64,000 bases of DNA from an uncultured Candidatus Poseidoniales archaeon. Lineage in GTDB: Archaea; Thermoplasmatota; Poseidoniia; Poseidoniales; Thalassarchaeaceae. A program made the position numbers and the translations under genes. The DNA lies in contig CACJKA010000005.1 of the NCBI GenBank assembly GCA_902593945.1, positions 16,643-80,642 on the forward strand, in the 5' to 3' direction. The notes under the pieces were generated by a model, which saw only the letters and a program-made list of their open reading frames with translations, was not told the origin of the DNA and made no database searches. Positions 30,582-40,350 of the stretch are shown here, one piece after another; position 1 is the first letter of the stretch, and every line of letters begins with the position of its first letter.

Positions 30582-31028
30582 TTACTCCGGTAGTGATGCA
30601 GTACTCTCTTTTACTGTGTTTAATACTAGATGAGTAATTGATCTTTCTACTCCATCAATAGATAGGACATTTTTAGATAAATCATCAAGATCTTTTCTGT
30701 TTTTAGCTCTAGCAATAACCATCGAGTCAAAATCTCCTGTTACGTCATACACTCCGTGAACTCTAGAATCTTTGGCAATTCTTTCTTGAATCTCAATCAA
30801 TCTACCTTTCTGTATCCTTAGCCCAATTACTACATTTAATTCCCAACCTATCTTGTCAGGATCAAGAATAACAGAATAACCTCTAATAATGCCATTTTTT
30901 TCCATTCTTTTTACTCTATTTGATACGGTTCCAAGAGACACATCTACAAGTTCAGAAATTTTTCTCAATGAAGTTCTAGCATCATCTTCTAAAACCTTAA
31001 TTATTTTTTTATCAATATCATCCAACAA
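30582..31028 (-). CDS. Lrp/AsnC family transcriptional regulator
   Basis: LDDIDKKIIKVLEDDAR..HTH..VYDVTGDFD. Confidence 0.95.
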   Translation of the reverse strand: MLDDIDKKIIKVLEDDARTSLRKISELVDVSLGTVSNRVKRMEKNGIIRGYSVILDPDKIGWELNVVIGLRIQKGRLIEIQERIAKDSRVHGVYDVTGDFDSMVIARAKNRKDLDDLSKNVLSIDGVERSITHLVLNTVKESTASLPE

Positions 31029-31110
31029 GTAATCACTTCATGTTGTCTATTGGGGGCAGACTATTGAACATATGCCAGATAATAATGTATTTTCTTATTC
31101 AATTGTATAA

Positions 31111-32766
31111 CTATTCTTCTTCAGTTTTAATTATAATTGGAAGTTTTCTTTTCGCTCTTAGTATTCTCCTTTCTTGTTCAGAAATCATTAGAGATACTCT
31201 TCCTCCAATCCATACAGGCAGACAAATATCTCCATTTTCTTCCACTAGAATGTGCCCTCCTCTTATCTTATTCAATTCAAGACTTATTTCATAAGCTGGA
31301 GGCTCTAATCCAGTCAATAATTTTTCTATAACTTCGCTACTCACAACCGATTTTCCATGTTTGATATTTTGTATCATTCTTGGTGCCGCTTTACCTGCAA
31401 TTCTTTCTAATTTTCTACCTTGTAATTTCGCACTAATGAGTCCTAAGTGTATCACTCTTAGTGGTCTCCATCTTTTTCCCGGAATAAATGTCCGACCACT
31501 TCTTTTACTTCTATCTGATTCCCAAATTTCTTTTGCTTTAGAGGTAGACCAGAGTATACTTTTTCCTCTTATCCAAAGATTTTTCTCTTCCCAACCAAGA
31601 GCATCCAATATCATTTCTTCAATTTCAGAATTTATCGGCTGAGGAAAATTAACCTCATCAGGTTTGACTTTTTCAGCTTCAATAAATCTATCATAATCTA
31701 CATTATTTTCAACATAATCTTTGGATTTATTCAAAACAGCAACAAAAAATCCTCCTGCTTCCACATCATCATTCCAAATTCTTAAACATTTTCTCAATTC
31801 TTTTTTGATACTATTTTTAGTTGGTGCCAACATTGAATCAACACACTCTAAACTTTTTGAAATTCTCCCAGAATCGTCTATTTGGGGCCAATCTGTCATT
31901 CCACTTCTTCCTGGTAAATTGACTAATATATCGGATACAGAAGTCAACGATACTCCATTATCCAATCTTAAAATCTCAGAAATTACTGCTTCATTCTCTA
32001 CCGGATCTAGGGAGCATGTCGAATATACAATTCTTCCACCTGGTTTAGTTAGATTAATTGCTTTAACTAATAATTCCAATTGTAATTTATGCAATGATCT
32101 TCCACCTGATGGTAACCATTTTTTCCAAACATCAGGATTTTTTCTAGTAGTTGCTGAACCTGTGCAGGGGACATCCACAAGTATCTTGTCAAATCCAGTT
32201 TTCGGAACTTTTGGAATAAATCTACCATCATGATGTGTAATCATTGGAGTAATTGAACCGTGCCTCTTAGTATTAGCAACAAGAGTATTAATTCTACTAT
32301 TGGCGATTTCATTTGCCATTACAATCCCTTTTCCTCCTAAATGTTCTGCAATTTGAGTAGTTTTTGACCCTGGACTCGCACACATATCCAGTACTAATTC
32401 ACCAGGCTTTGCATCTAAAGCAATAGCTGGAATCATTGAAACAGCCTCCTGCCTAGTTAATCTTCCAGTTTCATGAAGTGCGGATAAAATAGTTTTCACT
32501 TCTCCTTCCGCTTTGCCTCTTGGGAAAGGCAGAGTCCATGCACTTCCAACACCTGTAAACCATTCAATCTTAGTCGCCCCTATTTCTTGAAGCCAATTTT
32601 CTACCCACTCAATATCTTCTCTAAGGGGATTCACCCTTACAGTTTCATTTAGCCTATCAATAGAGTGTTCAAGCCATTTTTCTGGATCCTCTCTCCAATT
32701 ACTAACTGCCTTCAATAGAACACTATCCGCCGCAATGGTTTCCCATGAGGGCTCGTCTAAGTCCAT
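31111..32766 (-). CDS. RsmB/NOP2/Sun family RNA m5C methyltransferase
   Basis: LDMCASPGSKT, FDKILVDVPCTG, YSTCSLDPVENE motifs. Confidence 0.92.
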   Translation of the reverse strand: MDLDEPSWETIAADSVLLKAVSNWREDPEKWLEHSIDRLNETVRVNPLREDIEWVENWLQEIGATKIEWFTGVGSAWTLPFPRGKAEGEVKTILSALHETGRLTRQEAVSMIPAIALDAKPGELVLDMCASPGSKTTQIAEHLGGKGIVMANEIANSRINTLVANTKRHGSITPMITHHDGRFIPKVPKTGFDKILVDVPCTGSATTRKNPDVWKKWLPSGGRSLHKLQLELLVKAINLTKPGGRIVYSTCSLDPVENEAVISEILRLDNGVSLTSVSDILVNLPGRSGMTDWPQIDDSGRISKSLECVDSMLAPTKNSIKKELRKCLRIWNDDVEAGGFFVAVLNKSKDYVENNVDYDRFIEAEKVKPDEVNFPQPINSEIEEMILDALGWEEKNLWIRGKSILWSTSKAKEIWESDRSKRSGRTFIPGKRWRPLRVIHLGLISAKLQGRKLERIAGKAAPRMIQNIKHGKSVVSSEVIEKLLTGLEPPAYEISLELNKIRGGHILVEENGDICLPVWIGGRVSLMISEQERRILRAKRKLPIIIKTEEE

Positions 32767-32937
32767 ACTCCGACGGTTAACTAATCACCAATGAATCAAA
32801 CGGATTAGAGTTGTTGATAATTTCTATCTCCGTCAACTTATTTTTATCTGAAAAACCGCCGGTGAAGCTTTTCTTCACCAATAATAGTTATACCTTCAAA
32901 CAAACCCTCACAGGTTGCGGTAGTTTCCGCATTTGGG

Positions 32938-33300
32938 ATGCACATGACTAGACTAAGACGACGTATAGCAAAAGAAACAGGAGAGCCGGTCAGAACTGAC
33001 AAGGGAGGGGCATCAAGAAAATTAGAAGAATTATTACAAAGAGCTAGGATGAATGGTGCCAAACAAGGGCCTCTAGTTCCTGTTGAAGCCCTCATTAATG
33101 TTGAAAGAGATGAATGGATTTGGCAAGTAGTTGACAAAAGAGTTCTTGATGCACTAAGTCATAGATTGATTTTTCAATCAGATAATGGCTCACGCCGTGA
33201 GATATTAATGACTATGGGATTAGAAACTGCAATGGATGCAGCCTCATGTATTGTTGAACTAGATGGCGGTTGTGTTTTAATTGAGACTTTAGACCCTTGA
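32938..33300 (+). CDS. Hypothetical protein
   Basis: 120-aa ORF filling the intergenic gap; plausible composition, no recognised motif. Confidence 0.55.
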   Translation: MHMTRLRRRIAKETGEPVRTDKGGASRKLEELLQRARMNGAKQGPLVPVEALINVERDEWIWQVVDKRVLDALSHRLIFQSDNGSRREILMTMGLETAMDAASCIVELDGGCVLIETLDP

Positions 33301-33356
33301 AAAGACATTTTTCGAAACATTTTTCCTAATTTTGTAGAATCCAATGATTCGCGGCG

Positions 33357-33362
33357 TTGAAA
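33357..33362 (+). promoter_or_regulatory. TATA-position element TTGAAA, 30 nt upstream of the Sec61beta ATG (example of a recurring motif)
   Basis: The same TT[G/C]AA element lies 28-35 nt before several starts (2181, 14907, 24120, 43203, 54605, and 63288 on the minus strand). Confidence 0.5.
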
Positions 33363-33386
33363 TACTAAATGTAGGTCCGATTGACA

Positions 33387-33578
33387 ATGGCAAAGGAGAA
33401 GAAGGGTAGTGGAATCCAGCAGGCAGCTGGTTTAATTCGTTACTTCGATGAAGAATCTGAGGACGCAATTCAGATATCTAGAGGCATGATTTACTTTGCT
33501 TGTATCTCCTTCTCAGTAACAATTTATCTTGCAAACCATGGTGTTATACATTGGTTAGCTGATACTTTCGGATTTTAA
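33387..33578 (+). CDS. secG: Preprotein translocase subunit Sec61beta
   Basis: GIQQAAGLIRYFDEE signature followed by one TM. Confidence 0.85.
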   Translation: MAKEKKGSGIQQAAGLIRYFDEESEDAIQISRGMIYFACISFSVTIYLANHGVIHWLADTFGF

Positions 33579-34448
33579 CTATTCAGATTCAGTTAGATCT
33601 ACGAAATCAATTTCATTATTGAGTAAATCATTTGCATTTATGATTTCAGTATTTTCTTGTTGATTTTTTAGCGACTTGGAAACTATATAATCCAATTCTG
33701 ACGACCTCACCTCGGAATCGGGTTTTGCTTCAATTAGCGCAGTAATAGCTCTCCCGAGGGCTCTCTCTACTGCTGGGGCATTTCGATCTAAAAGAGCGGC
33801 TCTAGCATCTTCTAATGCGTTTTTTGCATTCTCCAGCATCATTTTTATTTCTGGATCTGTACCTATCAATAATCTAATCTCATTTTCAACGACATTAATT
33901 TCTTCTTCCATCTCATTTCGGGCATATTTGGACAACTCTCTCCAACATTCACCATGTTCTGCCAAAGATGCATTAGTCATTTTTTCAAACTTCTTAACTC
34001 TACTTGCCTCCCATGGATTTCTTCCTAATGACGCCATTATGTCATGGACACATCTCGCTCTGAGAGATAGTGGACCGATTAGTTCTATTTCATTATAGAA
34101 GCATTTTGCCCAAAGTCCGAAACCCCAATATGACGCACTTTTGATATTAATTTTTAATTCTCCGGCAGATGAACTGAGAACCCATTGTTGCTCGTCATAC
34201 TCCGGTTTTCTAGAGAATTTTGGAGGGTCATGAGGGCCTAATGATCGTAGTGAAACATTTGCAATATCACCAAGAAAAACATTACTTGTTTTACCCTGCC
34301 AACCAATATTTCTGAGATAATTCTCTTCATCAATCCTCATCTCTGGATCTCCAGACATAACTTGAGCGAATAATAAACTACGATTTGGGTCACAACCAAG
34401 AGGTTTTTTTTGACTATCTCCTTCTTCCACGAGTACCCGTAGTGTCAT
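33579..34448 (-). CDS. Hypothetical protein with C-terminal helical/coiled-coil region
   Basis: 289-aa ORF with no recognised family. Confidence 0.7.
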   Translation of the reverse strand: MTLRVLVEEGDSQKKPLGCDPNRSLLFAQVMSGDPEMRIDEENYLRNIGWQGKTSNVFLGDIANVSLRSLGPHDPPKFSRKPEYDEQQWVLSSSAGELKINIKSASYWGFGLWAKCFYNEIELIGPLSLRARCVHDIMASLGRNPWEASRVKKFEKMTNASLAEHGECWRELSKYARNEMEEEINVVENEIRLLIGTDPEIKMMLENAKNALEDARAALLDRNAPAVERALGRAITALIEAKPDSEVRSSELDYIVSKSLKNQQENTEIINANDLLNNEIDFVDLTESE

Positions 34449-34522
34449 TCAAACATCAACCTACTGATTTATCGAGATGTTATGATAACAACTGCTAAGT
34501 TCCGTCAGCCAAAATTAGACTC

Positions 34523-34717
34523 ATGCCAAGGAGGAAGTATGGTCGTCTAGTGAAAACTGTAGAACGACCACCAAATGACAATTGTTCTCGTTGTCGTTCT
34601 GGGAAATATTGTCCAATTCCTGGCCATAAAGGTAACAATGCCATAGCAAATAGAGAATGGCAAGGTCCAGAAAATGTTGACAAAAGAGAAAATAAAAAGA
34701 ATCCTGCTAAAAAATAA
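34523..34717 (+). CDS. Small basic protein with putative Zn-binding CxxC-x5-C-x4-H motif
   Basis: MPRRKYGR...CSRCRSGKYCPIPGH...KKNPAKK; fills the gap exactly up to the xerA stop. Confidence 0.6.
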   Translation: MPRRKYGRLVKTVERPPNDNCSRCRSGKYCPIPGHKGNNAIANREWQGPENVDKRENKKNPAKK

Positions 34718-35866
34718 TTATTTTATTGAAGGTAAATTTTCAGCAATATCTTCAGTAATTTGTTCACTATCTGATTCTAGATCAGCGATACTAGGCGATG
34801 ATTGTGCTCTGTGATAAATTTCTCTTAATGTTTGATCACCAATTTCTAGATATACTCTCGTTGTTGAAATATTTGCATGTCCAAGAAGTCTTTGTATTGT
34901 TACTAAATCAGCTCCTCTTTCTAGAAGCCCTGTTGCAAAAGAATGTCTCAGAACATGTGGGCTTAATCTTGTTCTAGGTATGTCAGAAGCGTCTGCAATA
35001 CGATCCAACAATTTTTGAACCGAACGCGGATTTAATCTTCGACTTCGACTAGAGAAAAATAACGACCTCATATCTTCTTCTCTAATGCAATTCTTCAGTC
35101 TGGCATTTCTTATTGGTCTCCAAGCATCTAATGCATCTAATGTTGCATTAGTGAAAAGAACGGTCCTATCTTTCTCCCCTTTGCCTCCAATAACCAATGC
35201 CGACAAATCTTCTAAATCTACATCATCTAAATCTAAATTACAGATTTCTGAACATCTTAGTCCAGTATCAAGCATCATTGTAATTATTGGAAAAGCAATA
35301 GGGTCTTCCGATCTAATTGCTGCTAGTCTGACTTTTTGTAAGTCATTTTTCCCTAATGTCCTAGGCAGTGATCTAGATCTGGCAGGCCTTTGAATCCATT
35401 CAGGAATAGCATATCCCATCCATTTCAATAAATGTGTAATTGCTGCAATTCTTGCATTAATTGTTGCAGGTCTCAAATCTCCTATTGTGTTTAACCACGA
35501 ATCAACTCTACCATTGTTGGGATTACTTCTGTTAAATAATTCTGAAACTTGAATCTCTTTTATTTCATCCCAAGATAATATTTCTTCATTTGGTAGTGTT
35601 GTTGTTGTGAATGTCTTCGCTGCAACAACATAGGATCTTATTGTATGTTCACTCTTTTTCTCGGTTTTTAATTGCTGAGTCCAGCATTCATACCAAGGTA
35701 AGAATGCTAGCCTCTGAAGTCTTTGAGGTAGTTTCTTGGTATGAATTAATAATTCTGCACCTTTCAAATTTGACTCATGATTTGAGTCATCAATAACCTC
35801 TGAGATTATTTTTTCTTCATTCTGTTTAGTCAATTCCCTCGCCTCATCGTCGCGAACGACGCGCAT
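34718..35866 (-). CDS. xerA: Tyrosine recombinase XerA (XerC/D family)
   Basis: TGLRCSE (R), GKGEKDR (K), SPHVLRHSFAT (HxxR), LLGHANISTTRVY (H, Y). Confidence 0.9.
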   Translation of the reverse strand: MRVVRDDEARELTKQNEEKIISEVIDDSNHESNLKGAELLIHTKKLPQRLQRLAFLPWYECWTQQLKTEKKSEHTIRSYVVAAKTFTTTTLPNEEILSWDEIKEIQVSELFNRSNPNNGRVDSWLNTIGDLRPATINARIAAITHLLKWMGYAIPEWIQRPARSRSLPRTLGKNDLQKVRLAAIRSEDPIAFPIITMMLDTGLRCSEICNLDLDDVDLEDLSALVIGGKGEKDRTVLFTNATLDALDAWRPIRNARLKNCIREEDMRSLFFSSRSRRLNPRSVQKLLDRIADASDIPRTRLSPHVLRHSFATGLLERGADLVTIQRLLGHANISTTRVYLEIGDQTLREIYHRAQSSPSIADLESDSEQITEDIAENLPSIK

Positions 35867-35971
35867 CCCATGTCCCTAAGGACAAAGCCAAGAGTCTCTG
35901 ATTGAACTTGAATGCTTCTCTTATTTTTATTCTCAGATTCCATTTTCTATTGATTATAGCAAGATGCCAAA

Positions 35972-36991
35972 TCATGAATCTGCTTGATATTTCTCATTCA
36001 CATTATTAGATTGATAATCCTGATTTATTGAACCTTCATTCTTTTGCATAAGATAATTCAATCTACTCGAAACCGCACCTGCAACATTAACCTCTGAGGC
36101 CTTTTCGATACCTTCTAATCCAGGGCTAGAATTAACTTCTAAAACAAGTGCTCCTCTATCTGATTCTAATAAATCAACACCTGCAATCTCCAGACCCAAT
36201 ATTCTAGCTGCTTTTATTGCGATTTTTTCAAAATCAGGATCTATGTCTACCTTTTCTACACTTCCTCCAAGGTGGAAATTTGATCGGAATTCATCCCCAT
36301 TCGCTCTTCTTCTCATACACGCGACAACCTTTCCGCCTACTACTAATGCTCGAATGTCTTTTCCATGTGACTCTTCTATGTATTCTTGTACCAAAGGTCT
36401 CATTTCTCTTTCTAACATTTGGTAAACTAATTGACGAGCATGTTGTTCTGTTTTTGCTAGAAAGACCCCTGCCCCATGGGTCCCTTCAGTCGATTTTACT
36501 ACACAAGGAGTCCCACCAACTCTACTAATTGCTCTATTCGTGTCTTCCCAAGATACTACTTGTGCAGTAATAGGGACTGGTATGTTTCCTGAAGACATCA
36601 TTTGACAGGCTATCAGTTTGTCCCTACTCCTAGTTATTCCGTCACTAGAGTTCATTACAATTACACCCATCCTTTCAAACTGTCTAACTATAGGCACACC
36701 TCTTCTTGTTATTGAATATCCAATTCTTGGAATAACCGCCTCGCATTCTACTGGCCATCCTCTATAGAATATTTTTCCTCCCTGTTCATCGACAATCATG
36801 GTTAGAGCTAGAGGGTCCAAGATTCTTACATCCCAACCAGCATTTTCTGCTTCCTCAGAAAGACGTTTTGTAGAGTATAATTTTGGCCCACGAGAGAGTA
36901 TAACTAATCGAGGCCTCATAATTCGCCGCGAACGCCCGCCCTTCTTGACTTCTTTGGCTGCGGAAATGGTATTTTCGTACTCTAGTGGCAA
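35972..36991 (-). CDS. rimK: RimK family alpha-L-glutamate ligase (ATP-grasp)
   Basis: LYSTKRL, AVIPRIG, RSRDKL, VQEYIEE..GKDIR, FRSNFHLGG, LEVNSSPGLEGIE motifs. Confidence 0.9.
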   Translation of the reverse strand: MPLEYENTISAAKEVKKGGRSRRIMRPRLVILSRGPKLYSTKRLSEEAENAGWDVRILDPLALTMIVDEQGGKIFYRGWPVECEAVIPRIGYSITRRGVPIVRQFERMGVIVMNSSDGITRSRDKLIACQMMSSGNIPVPITAQVVSWEDTNRAISRVGGTPCVVKSTEGTHGAGVFLAKTEQHARQLVYQMLEREMRPLVQEYIEESHGKDIRALVVGGKVVACMRRRANGDEFRSNFHLGGSVEKVDIDPDFEKIAIKAARILGLEIAGVDLLESDRGALVLEVNSSPGLEGIEKASEVNVAGAVSSRLNYLMQKNEGSINQDYQSNNVNEKYQADS

Positions 36992-37052
36992 TTCTACAAC
37001 ACAGAAGAAGGAAGGTATTGAAAGACTTGGCTCAACGACAAGTCCTGTTATT

Positions 37053-39329
37053 ATGGCCGACGAGGAGTCTTACACATTCGACTCATTATCAAAAATGATG
37101 GTTTTTGACTTGAGAGAAATATGTAAAAAAGAGGATTTATCATCCTCAGGAAACAAAGCAGAATTAATTGTAAGGATTCTTGGACATTTTTCATCAGATA
37201 ATGGAAATGATGACTTACTTCTCGAAGAAGAATCAGCCGAGAGTCAGAACTCATCAGTTAAGATTGAAGGAAAAAATGAAGAAATTCGTACTTCTAAAGA
37301 TATAGATGATGCCATAGATAGACTAATTTCTCGTGTTGAATCTAAGGATAATTTGGTTCTTGATGATAATTCTGAAGAAAAGGAAGTAATAGAAGAACCA
37401 GAAATAGCTGAAGAAATAATGGAGGCAGAGATTTTCGAGGCAGAAATTATCGAAGAACCAATAACTCCCGAAAAAGAAGAACCTTCCTTAATTTTGGACG
37501 AAGACGACCCTTGGTCATTAGAAAATGAAGAAGTAAAGGATATTTTTGAACCTACTACTGAAGACAAGGAAGATCAACCCTCAATGACAATTGTTCTGCC
37601 TTCAATAGATATTTTTAAGAAATATTGGCAACAAATTTCTGCAGTTTTTATGGTAGTTATACTAGTAGGTGCAGGAGTAGTTTACTTTCTTTCAGCGGAT
37701 TCCTCGTTCCAAGCTAGACCGTTAAATTATGGAGATTCTATGACATTTACTTTGAGCGATGGAGAGATTATTTTAGATGGTGATGACATGGTTGCATTAT
37801 TGAGAGACAATTTACCAGACACGGCAATTACAGACGCCTGCGATAAGCTTACAGTAGGGCTGACTGGGACAGGTTCAATCTCAATCGTTGAAGGAGATTT
37901 GTCTCAAATCGATCATCCGATTGATAGACAGTCATCTGATGAATTATTGGGAGTAATCAATGCCAAAGATGCCTATGGTCGTTCGCATTTGACAGTACAA
38001 CAAGAGATAACGCATGATCTCGAAGTCGATTTAGAAGGCAAAACATGGAAAGACACTAATGTATGTGGAAATTTAGGTTGGTCATTATCTGGTAATGATT
38101 TATTGATGACGACTAATATTTACGATGAATTAACAGAAACAAGTCTATTACGTTCGGAATCAATTATTTCGTTTACTGATGTCGAAGGCTCAACAACAAA
38201 TGCGAATGTTGTAACATTTGGTGCAGATGGTTTTGGTAATTTAGATGGAATAGCACCAATCTTAACATTCCCGTTAGCCCCCGTTGAGTTACACGATTTC
38301 TTTGGAGATATTAAATTGAAATCAGGTATGACTTCTGATTCAATATCTGATTGGAACAAGGATTGGGAATGGAGTGTTGGTTCTGAACAAAACACTGCAG
38401 AACATGGCTTGGTTTATCCAGTAAAAATTTCTCACTCCGAAGTTGAAAGATGTCTTGGGAGAATGAATATCGATATTCTTGTTAAGAATGGTGTTCCTTG
38501 GGCGGTTGAGCAAGAAGTTGATATCTTAATAGATAAAGATCAGAGTACTTCTGATTGTAGTTTTATAGAAAGTGCAGCTACTGATGCAGTTCTCCCAGAG
38601 GGGACTCTAACTGTAAGGATGAAGATGAGCAGAATAAGTTCAGATTCAGGTTCAGAATCGATTTCCTGGGGGTCAACATATGCTGGTAGGCCCGGACCTG
38701 GAGAAGACAAACTCAGTACTAATGCAAAGAAAGATTGGTCGACGGCAATGTGGGACGAATCTGAAATCAGGTCATTTACATTGGAAGATGCAATTAGTTG
38801 TTTACGTGCCAATCATTCTAACCGAGATGTAACTGTAGCAATTGATAGTGATGGATACATTTGGCAGTCTGCTTATTCGCTAGGTGAAATGGAAGAATGG
38901 AATCTATCATGGGTTCGTTCAGACGAAACATCTGGATGGGCAATAGTTAGCCAATCAAATAATGCTTGTTCATTTGAGGACGAAGGTCGTGATGATGGAG
39001 AAGTAATTTGGAATCAAGATGCAATTCCTTCAACTCATACATTGAAGAATCTAGAAGTTCGCGTTCTTGATTCTAATCGGTATCAAGACTTATCCGTGTC
39101 TTTGGGTGATAATCAGTGGTCAGAAGGTAGTAGTTTTGGATACAGATTGTCAGTATCCGAAGATAGTGATTTTCTTTCATTTTTACCTGGTGATCTTACA
39201 GAAGGACAAGTAACAGTTGCTGGAAGTAGGGAATGGACAGAATCTAATCGTAAACATAACATAAATTTTGCAATGGATGCTCAAACCGGAAGGATGCTTG
39301 CTTGGGCCGAGATTATTGGCCAACCTTAA
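37053..39329 (+). CDS. Single-pass membrane protein with N-terminal SAP DNA-binding domain, acidic linker and large extracellular domain
   Basis: LSKMMVFDLREICKKEDLSSSGNKAELIVRI matches the SAP consensus; E/D-rich linker; TM ISAVFMVVILVGAGVVYFL. Start placed at ATG 37053, since the track start overlaps rimK. Confidence 0.8.
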   Translation: MADEESYTFDSLSKMMVFDLREICKKEDLSSSGNKAELIVRILGHFSSDNGNDDLLLEEESAESQNSSVKIEGKNEEIRTSKDIDDAIDRLISRVESKDNLVLDDNSEEKEVIEEPEIAEEIMEAEIFEAEIIEEPITPEKEEPSLILDEDDPWSLENEEVKDIFEPTTEDKEDQPSMTIVLPSIDIFKKYWQQISAVFMVVILVGAGVVYFLSADSSFQARPLNYGDSMTFTLSDGEIILDGDDMVALLRDNLPDTAITDACDKLTVGLTGTGSISIVEGDLSQIDHPIDRQSSDELLGVINAKDAYGRSHLTVQQEITHDLEVDLEGKTWKDTNVCGNLGWSLSGNDLLMTTNIYDELTETSLLRSESIISFTDVEGSTTNANVVTFGADGFGNLDGIAPILTFPLAPVELHDFFGDIKLKSGMTSDSISDWNKDWEWSVGSEQNTAEHGLVYPVKISHSEVERCLGRMNIDILVKNGVPWAVEQEVDILIDKDQSTSDCSFIESAATDAVLPEGTLTVRMKMSRISSDSGSESISWGSTYAGRPGPGEDKLSTNAKKDWSTAMWDESEIRSFTLEDAISCLRANHSNRDVTVAIDSDGYIWQSAYSLGEMEEWNLSWVRSDETSGWAIVSQSNNACSFEDEGRDDGEVIWNQDAIPSTHTLKNLEVRVLDSNRYQDLSVSLGDNQWSEGSSFGYRLSVSEDSDFLSFLPGDLTEGQVTVAGSREWTESNRKHNINFAMDAQTGRMLAWAEIIGQP

Positions 39330-39405
39330 ATCGTCTAAATATAGCAATCTGATAATTATTACAGGCGGCACATTCAACTTCCTTCTAAGCGCCGAAGGCG
39401 CTTGT

Positions 39406-40350
39406 ATGTCTGCTGATGATGACAGTAATCTTCCTGAGGTTGAGAAGATTCCATTGGTAATTGATGCCGAATTTACTGAGGAAGAAGAAATTCAAGGTAC
39501 AACAAGTAGTTTGAATGAAATCTCTTCTCAAAAAACAAGTAGACCACTGGATTTACCCTTTCCAACTCCAACTCCTGATGGTCGTGCAAGAGTAATCACT
39601 GTCATTAACCAGAAAGGAGGAGTTGGGAAAACAACCACTGTGATTAATATTGCATCTCAATTGGCATTGAGAGGTCACCGTATTCTAGTCGTGGATGCGG
39701 ATTCTCAAGGTAACTGTGCAACAGGATTAGGAGTAGACAAAAGTAAGGTTCAGCACACAACTAGAGACCTTATTCTTTCACCAGAGACTGCTATATCTGC
39801 TCGACATGCGACCGCTGTTGACGGACTACACATGATTGTTGGAGATCGAAGTTTGGTAGGATTAGAGCAGGAAATGTTGAGGCAGTTGGGTAGGGAAAGA
39901 CGATTATCAGAAGCTTTAGAGCCATTACTTCCACATTATGATATTGTCATAATCGATACCCCTCCTTCACTGGGTTTGGTAACAATAAATGCGCTTGTTG
40001 CAAGCAATGGAGTATTAATTCCTGTTCAAACCGAATATTTCGCTCTTGAGGGTCTTGCAATGTTGGCAGGAACAATCAGAGAGGTCAGAAGTCTGCTCAA
40101 TCCAATCTTAGGTGTTGATGGAGTTTTACTGACCATGCATGCTAGTACTCTTCTAAATCAACAGGTGGCATCAGAAATTTTCGAACACCTTCCTGAGTTT
40201 GTAATTCGTCCAGCTATAAGGCGTAATATCAAACTAGCAGAAGCCCCAAGTCATGGTGTGCCAATACATTTGCACGATCCAAGTAGCAACGGCGGTAAAG
40301 ACTACCAAGACGTTTCTAGTGTATTGGCAAAAAGATGGGGATTAGAATAA
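39406..40350 (+). CDS. parA: ParA/Soj family ATPase with acidic N-terminal extension
   Basis: NQKGGVGKTTT, VDADSQGN, IIDTPPSLGL, IPVQTEYFALEGL, RRNIKLAEAPSHG motifs. Confidence 0.93.
   Translation: MSADDDSNLPEVEKIPLVIDAEFTEEEEIQGTTSSLNEISSQKTSRPLDLPFPTPTPDGRARVITVINQKGGVGKTTTVINIASQLALRGHRILVVDADSQGNCATGLGVDKSKVQHTTRDLILSPETAISARHATAVDGLHMIVGDRSLVGLEQEMLRQLGRERRLSEALEPLLPHYDIVIIDTPPSLGLVTINALVASNGVLIPVQTEYFALEGLAMLAGTIREVRSLLNPILGVDGVLLTMHASTLLNQQVASEIFEHLPEFVIRPAIRRNIKLAEAPSHGVPIHLHDPSSNGGKDYQDVSSVLAKRWGLE

Noticed and set aside
34718..35866. Integrase marking a provirus or island
   Set aside because: Flanked by housekeeping-like genes, no adjacent tRNA or att duplication and no viral genes; best read as chromosomal XerA. 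No convincing dif site was found by eye.
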